From: an uncultured virus (IMG/VR IMGVR_UViG_3300026549_002462)
Taxonomy: Duplodnaviria > Heunggongvirae > Uroviricota > Caudoviricetes
Strand: one strand, 5' to 3'
Virus record (IMG/VR): IMGVR_UViG_3300026549_002462
Length of the DNA: 64,000 bases
A program made the translations under genes and the position numbers. The first letter of the stretch is position 1. Each line of letters opens with the position of its first letter. Below, piece by piece: positions 28,363-37,142 of the stretch. Under the pieces are notes generated by a model. It had not been told where the DNA came from. It was given only the letters and a program-made list of their open reading frames with translations, and ran no database searches.

Positions 28363-29505
28363 TCAGCGTTTCATCGCGTTGAGATAGTCATCAAGACCCT
28401 TATAGGTCGGATCCCATTTCATGGTGGAGTGGGAGAGACCGAGCCTTCTTCCGCATCTCGGACACATGCCGTCCTTGATCTGATCGCGTTTGTCGGCACG
28501 AACTATAAGACTGCAGTGTGTGCACGTAGCGTTGAGTGTAGAGACAAGCTTGTCTTTGGCTGCCTGAACGTGCTCGTTTGTGTCTGCATCCATGTCATAG
28601 GCGATACGAATCTTGCGAAGTCCCTTAGGAAGGAGAGTCTTGAACGCGGTAGGAAGGTACTTCTGGGAATTTACTCCCGGAACAGACAGTACGGAATATC
28701 CTGAAAGGGCACATATTACATCTGCCTTCAGGGCGCCTTCTGTCAAAATAACTTCCGAGACACCGCGTGCACCGCGCCGGAAATGCACATATGCATGAGC
28801 CGGAGCGCCGCCTTCCTTATCTCTGCTTGAAAGAGAGATGTACCTCGGCCCATCTGCGAGTTTCCTGTCAAGTCTGATCTGAAAACCCTGGATCTGACCT
28901 TTCGAGTTGCGCTGCGGTATAAGGATGCCCGACCCGGTGTACAACATTGTCCACGAACCGTCTTTGTCCTTATAAAATCCCGGCACATTCTCAATGGTGC
29001 ATCCCATTCTCAGCAGTTTTAAAGCTATCGCTTTCGGATCGGAAGGCATTGACCTGTATGCGAACTTTCGGATCTGCTCCTCTGACAGTCCTCTTGCCAT
29101 CAAATCCCCGGCATGACGCTTGTGGAGATTTGTAAGAGATAAGAGAGCGCGGTATGTTGCGTCTCTTACGGCTAAAGGCGCCAGTTTCTCTTCCTCCACA
29201 GGTTGTGGGGGTTGTGGCTTCGAATCGGGGGTCTCCTGAGTATAAGCGTCGCCGCTAAAGGCTCTATATGCGTCGCGGATATCTGAGATACCCATGAACA
29301 GCATATAGAGATCAAGCGGACCGCCCTGTGTGTGGATTTCTTTGTCTCCGCATTTATTACAGCGGAATACGTTTTTTCCGTAATTGAGGTTAAGCTTACG
29401 CTTTCCGTTACAGTTAGGACAATCCACATACAGGGAGTTCTTATCTGCAGGAAGGCCAAGTCTCAGGGCCACATCAAACAGGGTGATTGTCTGATGTTCG
29501 CTCAT
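28363..29505 (-). CDS. Zn-finger/TOPRIM primase-like protein (DUF3854-like)
   Basis: CPNC...CNKC, LTEGALKAD, AYDMD, KGLDD. Confidence 0.8.
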   Translation of the reverse strand: MSEHQTITLFDVALRLGLPADKNSLYVDCPNCNGKRKLNLNYGKNVFRCNKCGDKEIHTQGGPLDLYMLFMGISDIRDAYRAFSGDAYTQETPDSKPQPPQPVEEEKLAPLAVRDATYRALLSLTNLHKRHAGDLMARGLSEEQIRKFAYRSMPSDPKAIALKLLRMGCTIENVPGFYKDKDGSWTMLYTGSGILIPQRNSKGQIQGFQIRLDRKLADGPRYISLSSRDKEGGAPAHAYVHFRRGARGVSEVILTEGALKADVICALSGYSVLSVPGVNSQKYLPTAFKTLLPKGLRKIRIAYDMDADTNEHVQAAKDKLVSTLNATCTHCSLIVRADKRDQIKDGMCPRCGRRLGLSHSTMKWDPTYKGLDDYLNAMKR

Positions 29506-29508
29506 GGA

Positions 29509-30303
29509 TTATGCCTCCTTTTTCTTCTGCTTCTTCATGTTGTCGATCTTCCGCTTTCTTTCCTTAAGATTCAGAAGGGCGTCGTTGTAACGCTTTTCTG
29601 TTTCAGCGAGTTCACTAAGATCCTTGATCCCGTAGTGCTTGAGCATATTCTCCTCCGAGTACTTTGCTTCAGCCATTCTGGTACGGAGTTCAGTGACCCT
29701 CTCTGCGACATCAGCGGAGACCTCCTGACGGTACTCACGGGTGCCTTTGTTCACATACTCGTGAACGATATCGCCGGTCTTTTCTTCGGCAATGGTCATG
29801 GCCTTGATGAAATCACCGGCAACACTTGTGCCGAATGAGATACTCAGAACCTTGAACTTTGCGAATCTGAGAGTGTCCTTCAGAGTCTTCTCGGGTCCGA
29901 GATCAAGAGCATCTGCAACATCATTCTCATTGATCCTGAAAGTCGGGACAGTTCCCAATGCGCGGAATGCCGGTACGATATTCATCGCAGCTCTCTTGAG
30001 AGCGTCTGAGGCTGCTGCCTTTGGGCTGTCGCCTTCACCGGCGTCTTCACGGAAAAAGTCGACATCGTCTGTATGGACATGAATCCTGCAGATGCTGTAG
30101 AACGGCGTGTCTGCGGACTTCTTATCCATCGTGACTGTCTTATCCCAGTTTCCTGCGCCATAGAGCTCGTCGAGATAGTTCCATGCAGTCTCCTTCTTGA
30201 TATACGGGACGACTGTGAAACTCTTCCCGGACTTGGAGATGGAGTCTACTCTTATCTCCACTTCTTCAGGCTGGAGTGACCTGTTCTTCACGCTTGCTTT
30301 CAT
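29509..30303 (-). CDS. Sak/Rad52-like single-strand annealing protein
   Basis: PYI...LDELYG..NW and K.AASDALKRAA motifs. Confidence 0.75.
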   Translation of the reverse strand: MKASVKNRSLQPEEVEIRVDSISKSGKSFTVVPYIKKETAWNYLDELYGAGNWDKTVTMDKKSADTPFYSICRIHVHTDDVDFFREDAGEGDSPKAAASDALKRAAMNIVPAFRALGTVPTFRINENDVADALDLGPEKTLKDTLRFAKFKVLSISFGTSVAGDFIKAMTIAEEKTGDIVHEYVNKGTREYRQEVSADVAERVTELRTRMAEAKYSEENMLKHYGIKDLSELAETEKRYNDALLNLKERKRKIDNMKKQKKKEA

Positions 30304-30396
30304 AGTGTTGTTTCCTTTCGTTTGATGATGTGAGTGCTTTCAAATAAACAGAGGCGATGATGTCGCCTCTGTTATCTGACATATCGGGCAGGACGT

Positions 30397-31185
30397 TTAG
30401 AACTCGTCGAAGTATTCTTCGTCGAATTCATCAGGAAGGGCAACGAATCCCGTGGATTCGAAGTCGTCTTCCTCTGGCTCTGGTGCCGCCTTAGGTGCCG
30501 GGGCTTCATCGGCTGCTGCCACAGCCTCAGGTTTCTTTCCTTTGAGGAAAGAAATGGCGTCCTCGTCTGCCGAAGGGATGACGTCCCAAGTGTAGACCGT
30601 CGTTCCGTCTGAGCGTTTGTAGCTTCCGGTGTCGACTCTTCCCTTGATAACGACTCCCTTGCCCTTTGTAAGATATCTGGCCAGCGCCTCGCCGCGCTTT
30701 CCGTACATCTTTACAGGGATGATGTCCGGGTTCTCCTTGTCCCATGACTTATTGACAAATACGCGGAATTCCACGATAGCTGTCTGCGAGTCCTGGATAT
30801 AGGTAGTTGTGGCATCAGCAGCAATGTTGCCTCTGATTACCGCTGTGGACATTCCGGCTGACCCGCCGTCTTCGATAAGCTGGAACCCCTTCGGGTCGGC
30901 TATCAGCACTTTGGTGTACTGTGTCTTGCCGTCCTTGTTCTTGTAGCTCCCTGTCTGGACTCTTCCGGTCACGGAGACAGTCTTGCCTGCCTTGAGGTAG
31001 TCATAGACGTTCTCGTTACCGTAAAGCTCTACCGGGAAGAAGTTGCTCTTCGGATCGTTGCCCGACTTGGTCTTCCTTCCGTAGTTCCAGACGAGAGTGA
31101 ACTTGGCTACAGGTTTGCCCTTTGCGGTCAATCCAGTGTCAGCGTCCTTGACGATGCGTCCGATAATAGTGAAATAGTTGCTCAT
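30397..31185 (-). CDS. ssb: Single-stranded DNA-binding protein with two tandem OB folds
   Basis: Two YLxxGK.V.V.GR..TGSY repeats and an acidic C-terminal tail ending in F. Confidence 0.88.
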   Translation of the reverse strand: MSNYFTIIGRIVKDADTGLTAKGKPVAKFTLVWNYGRKTKSGNDPKSNFFPVELYGNENVYDYLKAGKTVSVTGRVQTGSYKNKDGKTQYTKVLIADPKGFQLIEDGGSAGMSTAVIRGNIAADATTTYIQDSQTAIVEFRVFVNKSWDKENPDIIPVKMYGKRGEALARYLTKGKGVVIKGRVDTGSYKRSDGTTVYTWDVIPSADEDAISFLKGKKPEAVAAADEAPAPKAAPEPEEDDFESTGFVALPDEFDEEYFDEF

Positions 31186-31357
31186 GGTGTAACCTCCTTT
31201 AAATAAAAGAATGGTTTCACGTCACCGGCATGAAACCATCGCTTGCTTAAATAAAAAAAGCACCTGCCATGTCTGTGGACATACAGGTGCTCCATTATCA
31301 AAGCTGGGAATACGTTAATATGTTTATATTATATATACAAGTGCCGTCAAATACAAG
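31183..31357 (-). promoter_or_regulatory. Conserved structured leader, copy A (promoter-terminator-hairpin-RBS)
   Basis: TTGTAT-17-TATAAT, AGCACCTG...CAGGTGC-T-run, hairpin with CGGTGA loop. Homologous to 44123-44300. Confidence 0.85.
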
Positions 31358-31365
31358 CCGTTTCT

Positions 31366-32367
31366 CTACACATTCGCTTCTGCAAAAGCTCTGATAGCTG
31401 CCTTGTAGTACTCGGCACGTTCTTCAGTCGGAAGTTCTTTTACTTCCTCTGGAACCGCGTCAAGGAACATTGCTTCGGTGACCGACTCTTTCTTGGCTTT
31501 CTTCTTCTTTGTGCGCGGGTTCAGCTTTCCTGCCAGAATGCTTTCGGCCGTCTCTCTTGTGAGTCCGCGGGCTGCAGCTTTCTTAAGCTTCTCCGCTTCC
31601 TTCAGAGATATCGCGATCTCTTTATCTGCTACGATATCTGTAATGACCTCCTGATGCGAAGCACTTAGGTCTGCAAGGATGACGCCGGCTGTAACAGGCA
31701 ATTTTCCTTCATCCACTTTGTCAAGAAGAGCAGGGGAGAGGTCGTTCAGCTTGAGATATCTTCTGACGTTCGAGTCAGAATCAGAGCTTTCCTCGGCAAT
31801 CGCCTTTAACTCATCTGCCTGTCTCTTGCCCTGCCTTACGGCAGCTTCAAGGCGAACTTTGTAAGTTCTGGCTTTTTCGGAAGGGAGTATCGTTTCTCTT
31901 GCGATGTTTGTATCCGCCATGACGATATCTGCCATGTCATCATCAAGGTCAAGTACGCGGCACGGAACTTCACTGAGGCCAAGCTTTTCGGCTGCGAAGC
32001 GGCGCCTGTGACCGGATATGATCTCATATTTCCCACCGTTAAGCTCTCGGACGATGATCGGGAGAAGTATCCCGTAGTCTCTGATGGAGTCTACAAGAAT
32101 GTCCATGTCTTCATTGTCCAGGACTTTGTATGTGTGGTTATGGTAGGTGACGAGATCTTTAAGGGGAATGCTTCTGATATCTCCTTCGCCGGACCTGGCG
32201 ATCTCTATTTCCTTCTTTGTTGGAGCTAATGTTCCCCCGAAGGGCGTATTGAGGATATTGACTGCACCATCTAACAGCCTGCTAAGTGCATCAGGATCAT
32301 TGATTTGCTCTACCTGAGAGGAATCAACGACATTACTGAGGTCATATTTTGGTTTTTTCTTTGCCAT
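31366..32367 (-). CDS. parB: ParB/Spo0J partition protein
   Basis: LVDSIRDYGILLPIIVR, YEIISGHRR, HTH region. Confidence 0.9.
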   Translation of the reverse strand: MAKKKPKYDLSNVVDSSQVEQINDPDALSRLLDGAVNILNTPFGGTLAPTKKEIEIARSGEGDIRSIPLKDLVTYHNHTYKVLDNEDMDILVDSIRDYGILLPIIVRELNGGKYEIISGHRRRFAAEKLGLSEVPCRVLDLDDDMADIVMADTNIARETILPSEKARTYKVRLEAAVRQGKRQADELKAIAEESSDSDSNVRRYLKLNDLSPALLDKVDEGKLPVTAGVILADLSASHQEVITDIVADKEIAISLKEAEKLKKAAARGLTRETAESILAGKLNPRTKKKKAKKESVTEAMFLDAVPEEVKELPTEERAEYYKAAIRAFAEANV

Positions 32368-32370
32368 CGT

Positions 32371-33429
32371 TTATATCTCCTCTCTTTCAAGAAATTCATC
32401 ACACAGCATACTGTAAGCGAGTCTTGTCGGACTGTTTTTCATGAAGTTCATCAGTGGCATTCCTGCAAGCTGTGCCTGGTTGACCACGGTGGATCTAGGT
32501 ATCTGCGTGTTGAATATATACATGTTGCGCTCGATCAGCGGCTCAAACTGGCTCATTACTTCCTTTACAGCCGACCTGTTCTTCTCAACCATAGTATACA
32601 CGAGGCCGGAGAACTCGAGTGGTGGATTTACCGTCGCCTGCACCTTCTGCACTGTAGATACGAGATGGACGATTCCGGATACAGAATAAGGGTCAGGTGT
32701 TGCAGGAACCAGAACTCTGTCGGCCATGTTCAGTACGTTGAGTGTTGTGGCCGAGAGGGCAGGAGGGCAGTCCACCAGGATATAATCGTATTTATCGGTT
32801 ATGCGTGAGAATATGCTGCGGAATATGGTCATGCCGTTATCTTTTTTCTTGAGGAGACCGACTTCTCCCATTCTTTCGTAAAAGGCGTTTTCAGACTGAT
32901 GATATACGTCTACGATCTTTGCAAATCCTTCTACGTACTGCTCAGCACCCGCTTCCCTGACCTTCTCCTGAAGATTATCATAATCGTCGCGGTAGTTTTT
33001 CAGAAACGTTTCCGCAGGTGTAGGCATAGGCGTGATAGAGTACAGGATCTCATCCATACTGGCCATTGCTACACTACCCGGGATGAGATCGACCCCGTAG
33101 TCGGTATGCACGATTACTCCGCTCAGGTCCTTTTTATATGGCCTGTCGTAGATTTCTGCACACAGAAGGGTATAGAGTGTTGCTTTGCATCTGCTTGGCA
33201 TGACACCGAAGGATACTGACAGGTTTTCCTGCTGGTCCGCGTCGATCATAAGGACCTTCTTGCCTCTGGAATTAAGTTCTCTTGCGAGATTGGCAACTGC
33301 TTGTGTCTTTCCTGCGCCGGACTCATCACCTCTTTCCTTCAGTTCCATCGCAAGATTTGCGACTGTAGCGGTTTTTCCGACGCCGCCTTTCTGATTGAAT
33401 ATCGCTATTATTTTAGCTCTTCTTGACAT
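32371..33429 (-). CDS. parA: ParA/Soj partition ATPase
   Basis: NQKGGVGKT, LMIDAD, YDYILVDCPP, IPRS. Confidence 0.9.
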   Translation of the reverse strand: MSRRAKIIAIFNQKGGVGKTATVANLAMELKERGDESGAGKTQAVANLARELNSRGKKVLMIDADQQENLSVSFGVMPSRCKATLYTLLCAEIYDRPYKKDLSGVIVHTDYGVDLIPGSVAMASMDEILYSITPMPTPAETFLKNYRDDYDNLQEKVREAGAEQYVEGFAKIVDVYHQSENAFYERMGEVGLLKKKDNGMTIFRSIFSRITDKYDYILVDCPPALSATTLNVLNMADRVLVPATPDPYSVSGIVHLVSTVQKVQATVNPPLEFSGLVYTMVEKNRSAVKEVMSQFEPLIERNMYIFNTQIPRSTVVNQAQLAGMPLMNFMKNSPTRLAYSMLCDEFLEREEI

Positions 33430-33586
33430 TTTTCTCGCTCCCTTCGTAATGATTCCTAAGAAACTCCTCGATGGCGACTTCTGTGGCGTTCGAGATGCTG
33501 CGCTTCTCTTCCTTGCAGAAGGCTAAGAGTGTTTCAAGCAGAACCGGATCGATAGTCAATGACAGCTTCTTTTTCTTGTTTGACAT
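33413..33586 (-). CDS. Small ribbon-helix-helix protein (57 aa, not in the ORF track)
   Basis: Translated by hand: MSNKKKKLSLTIDPVLLETLLAFCKEEKRSISNATEVAIEEFLRNH... GGAGG RBS, overlaps the parA start. Confidence 0.75.
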   Translation of the reverse strand: MSNKKKKLSLTIDPVLLETLLAFCKEEKRSISNATEVAIEEFLRNHYEGSEKNVKKS

Positions 33587-33811
33587 ATTTTCCTCCGGAT
33601 GTAATGAGTATCTTTGCGTATTAGATGCGTATTGATACGCTTTTTACGTATTGATTGTAGCACATACGGACTCTGCTACAAAGAGGTTCGGTACTTGAGA
33701 AAAAAATACTTTTCGGGCAGTTGTCCGAAGACTCTTTAAAACATCGGGTGTATAATAAAAAATTTTCGAAAAAAAGAAAGCGCCGCACTATGGCGACGCT
33801 CTCCAGGTTCG

Positions 33812-34003
33812 TTAATTTGCGCATTCCTTCCATTTGCCGACCTTGCGGCCTTCTATGAACAGAAATCCTTCTGTATCGCCGTATGCGACACTCGGAACCA
33901 TCTGCTGCTGCATCAGTTCCAGAAGGTACTGAGCTTTTGAGTAAGGTGTGCGCTGGCCGTCATCGGCCAGAAAGGTTGATGTATCTATCATGATCTTAAG
34001 CAT
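33812..34003 (-). CDS. Hypothetical protein
   Basis: 63 aa ORF overlapping the recD2 stop. Confidence 0.5.
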   Translation of the reverse strand: MLKIMIDTSTFLADDGQRTPYSKAQYLLELMQQQMVPSVAYGDTEGFLFIEGRKVGKWKECAN

Positions 34004-35819
34004 TACGGAGTCTCCTTTCGACTGTGTCTGCGAAATCGTCTATAAGCTCTGCCAGACAGCTGATTCTTTCGTTGAAAGCCTCGCTGACGTCATCCGTGCC
34101 TGTAAGTATGACCTTTTCAAGGAGTTTCTTCTGTCCGACGCATATGCATTTCTTCTTGCTGCGGCTTATCGCAGTATAGATGATCTCCCGTGAAAGCATA
34201 TTGGAGTGCTTTTCATCGAGGATGATGATACAAGTCGGATATTCCAGTCCCTGAGACTTGTGCACCGTCTGGACAAAAGCCGGTTCGATGAACGAAAGGT
34301 CGTCGCCATGCAGGACAATCTCTTTATCTCCGAATCTGCATACCGCCGTATCCGGGTAGCACTTTACTGCGATGCCTGTTTCTCCGTTTACGAGACCGTC
34401 ACGGTTTCTGAGAAACGTGATCTTGTCTCCAGTGTAAACTCTGCCGGATTCATTCTCGCAGTAGGTGAGTCCTTTTACATCTGTCAGTACTTTTCTGAGC
34501 TTGCTGTTCAGCTTGTTGACACCTGTTTCAGTGCTTCTTCTGTACGGAGTAAGCACTACTACTGAATCGACGCCGTTTTTCTCTGCTTCCCTTCGGTAGA
34601 GATCAACGACCTGCCTGCAGATCGCTTTGGAAGAGCGCTCTTCTATGAATTCAAAACTGTCGTCTATATCCAGACCGGGATTCCCGGCCTGGATCTTGGC
34701 ACAGTTGAATGCGATCGAATTGTCTCCCTGTCTGAAGATCTTGGTGAGCCTTGTCACCGGGACACTTTCAGACGCGATAAGCTCTGCAAGAACGTTGCCC
34801 GCTCCTACAGATGGAAGCTGAGCGACGTCACCCACGAATACGATCGTTGAGCCTGAAGATATGCTCCTCATCAGGTCCCTGAAAAGATACGCATCTATCA
34901 TCGAAGCCTCATCACATATGATAAGAGTCTCAGACAGAGTACATTTCGATTCGGTGCTGATGCCCGGAACTATCTTAAGGGCCTTGTGGATCGTGGTAGC
35001 GGGGCAGCCTGTCGCGTCGGTCATCCTTCTGGCTGCCTGTCCGGTAGGTGCGATGCACCTTACCGTGGCGTTTGGGTCAAGGTTTTTAAGAGCCTGTATC
35101 AGCACAAGCTCTGTCTGTGTCTTACCCGTACCCGGACCTCCTGTCAGAACAGACATCTTGTTCTGCAATATCATGAATACCGCATTCTTCTGTTCCTGCG
35201 ACAGGATCTTTCCGGTCATTGCCATAGCTGAGTCGATAGCCTTAAATACAGGCTTCAGACGCCCGTACTTCAAAGGTGCGGTAAGCATCGTTGCGGCGAT
35301 TTCCGCTGCTTCCTTCTCGGCGGAATAAGCACTTTTCGTTGCCAGATATATCTGATCGCCTATGCGGTTCACAGATACTTTTCCGGCGAGAGAAAGATGC
35401 TTTATGCATTTGTCGAGAAGCGGCTGCTCTATAGTGCCTTCTTCAAATCCGAGGAGGGATTCGATGAAGTCATATATCCGGCTTTTCGCGATGCAGGTGC
35501 TCCCTGCGTTGTGTGCGATCATCTCGTCAAATGTGTTCTCGTTGTCTTCAGCGCTTCTTGCTGCTCCGCTTTCACATATGTTCAGCGTATAGAGCAGCGC
35601 ATAGGCGATTCTCGAAGGACATAAGGTGTCAACCTTTGTTTTATTGAGAACATACCTGTCTATCACTGAGAACTTTGCGTCCTGTTCCAGCGTCAGCTGA
35701 TAAGGGCAGAACCTCAGGATATCGAGGGATCCATACAGGCCGTACTTGTCGATCATGCTTTCGCATTCAGTCTCCGTGAGGCCGAATGGAGCCAAAGCTC
35801 TGTATAAATCGTTATCCAT
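33996..35819 (-). CDS. recD2: RecD2-like SF1B helicase
   Basis: LTGGPGTGKT, APTG.AA, DEASM, GD..QLPSVG.G, TVHKSQGLE, YTAISR. Confidence 0.9.
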   Translation of the reverse strand: MDNDLYRALAPFGLTETECESMIDKYGLYGSLDILRFCPYQLTLEQDAKFSVIDRYVLNKTKVDTLCPSRIAYALLYTLNICESGAARSAEDNENTFDEMIAHNAGSTCIAKSRIYDFIESLLGFEEGTIEQPLLDKCIKHLSLAGKVSVNRIGDQIYLATKSAYSAEKEAAEIAATMLTAPLKYGRLKPVFKAIDSAMAMTGKILSQEQKNAVFMILQNKMSVLTGGPGTGKTQTELVLIQALKNLDPNATVRCIAPTGQAARRMTDATGCPATTIHKALKIVPGISTESKCTLSETLIICDEASMIDAYLFRDLMRSISSGSTIVFVGDVAQLPSVGAGNVLAELIASESVPVTRLTKIFRQGDNSIAFNCAKIQAGNPGLDIDDSFEFIEERSSKAICRQVVDLYRREAEKNGVDSVVVLTPYRRSTETGVNKLNSKLRKVLTDVKGLTYCENESGRVYTGDKITFLRNRDGLVNGETGIAVKCYPDTAVCRFGDKEIVLHGDDLSFIEPAFVQTVHKSQGLEYPTCIIILDEKHSNMLSREIIYTAISRSKKKCICVGQKKLLEKVILTGTDDVSEAFNERISCLAELIDDFADTVERRLRNA

Positions 35820-35878
35820 TTGTGTTGTTTCCTTTCCCGGAGCAGGGGAGAGTTAAGATCTCCCTCTGTCCGATCCAT

Positions 35879-37081
35879 CTAAACTGCTTCTTCTGGGGCT
35901 TCCTCTTTTGAGGTGTACTTGAAATCGCAGCGGAGGGTCGGTTTGAGATTGCTGATCTCCTCCCAAAGCTCCGGATAATCTTCCGCTACTTTCTGCTTGA
36001 CATCTTTGTCAAGGCTGAAGCTGCGTACTACGTCGATCTGGTAGATCGCTCTTGACGTCTCAATGATTCCGCCTGGCGCATTGCCGATGTGCGGAAGAAG
36101 GGAAGAGCGAAGCTTCTTTTCTTCTGCCTCGATCTGGCGGATGAGCTTAGTGGAATCCTTGATGTCGTCGTTCAGAGCGTCCTTGTCCTTTGCGAGCTTT
36201 TCAAGTTTGTTCAGGGTGCCGAGGGCTTTGCGCGGAAGCTTTACATAGCCGAGCGTGTCGTCGACAGTCCTGTAAACATGGGCGGCCTCGTCAGGAAGGA
36301 GGACCTCATCGTACTCGATCCCCGCTGCTGTCTCTGCAACGAATCTTGCACAGTCCTCAAGTATCTTGATGGCACGTTCTTCATCGCGTGCAACGTGGAG
36401 GTAGACAAAGTCTTCTGCGCTGTCAGCGTGCTTGCTGTGAGCAAGAACGTAGCAGTCATCGATTCCGAGGACCTGCATGTAGGCCTGCACCTGATCCTGA
36501 TAGTCTTCAGGTACGTACCCGGCACTGAATTCATCTTTCCATGTAGCAGCGCTCTTGTGCGAGGATTTGACCTCTGCCAGAGCAACGATTTTTCTGGTCT
36601 TTCTGTCTCTCAGAAATCCATCGGGATGAGCGAGGAATGTCGGCCAGTTTGTGTTGATATATCCGTAGTCACACGGTTCATAAACAACATCTATGCCGTT
36701 TCTTCTCATCTTGCCTGCGCAGAACCTTCCGATGTCGGTCTCGAAGATGTGGCCGTAATCGTAGATGAACTGCTGGCTCGGAAGGGTGGCTTTTTCGACA
36801 TGCCCGAGCTTCTCAAGCTGAAGAAACCTTCTGGTCTTGAAGCTGCTGTGTCCCTCGATGATCCCTGCGTCAGATCCACCCGTGAAGAACGGTATCATAT
36901 CGCTGTATTCAGCGAGAAACGCTTCTCCTTCCGGGGTGTTGAACTTGCCTTTTCTGAATTCGTTTCCGAATGTCGCGTCGAATTCTTCCTGTGTGAGGTA
37001 TCCGCTGTCCAGGGCTTCTGCATAGCTGCTCATGTCCTGAACGATTATAAGGTCGCTCCCAGTTATTGTTGTGTCCTTCAT
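35879..37081 (-). CDS. YqaJ/lambda-exonuclease-like nuclease
   Basis: GGSDAG, GH.FE, AHPDG, AEVK, Y..QVQ.YM. Confidence 0.8.
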   Translation of the reverse strand: MKDTTITGSDLIIVQDMSSYAEALDSGYLTQEEFDATFGNEFRKGKFNTPEGEAFLAEYSDMIPFFTGGSDAGIIEGHSSFKTRRFLQLEKLGHVEKATLPSQQFIYDYGHIFETDIGRFCAGKMRRNGIDVVYEPCDYGYINTNWPTFLAHPDGFLRDRKTRKIVALAEVKSSHKSAATWKDEFSAGYVPEDYQDQVQAYMQVLGIDDCYVLAHSKHADSAEDFVYLHVARDEERAIKILEDCARFVAETAAGIEYDEVLLPDEAAHVYRTVDDTLGYVKLPRKALGTLNKLEKLAKDKDALNDDIKDSTKLIRQIEAEEKKLRSSLLPHIGNAPGGIIETSRAIYQIDVVRSFSLDKDVKQKVAEDYPELWEEISNLKPTLRCDFKYTSKEEAPEEAV

Positions 37082-37142
37082 AATAATTCCTTTCCGGCAG
37101 GGAAGGAGCCGTTGGGCCCCTCCTCGCCTGTGCTTGTTCCTG

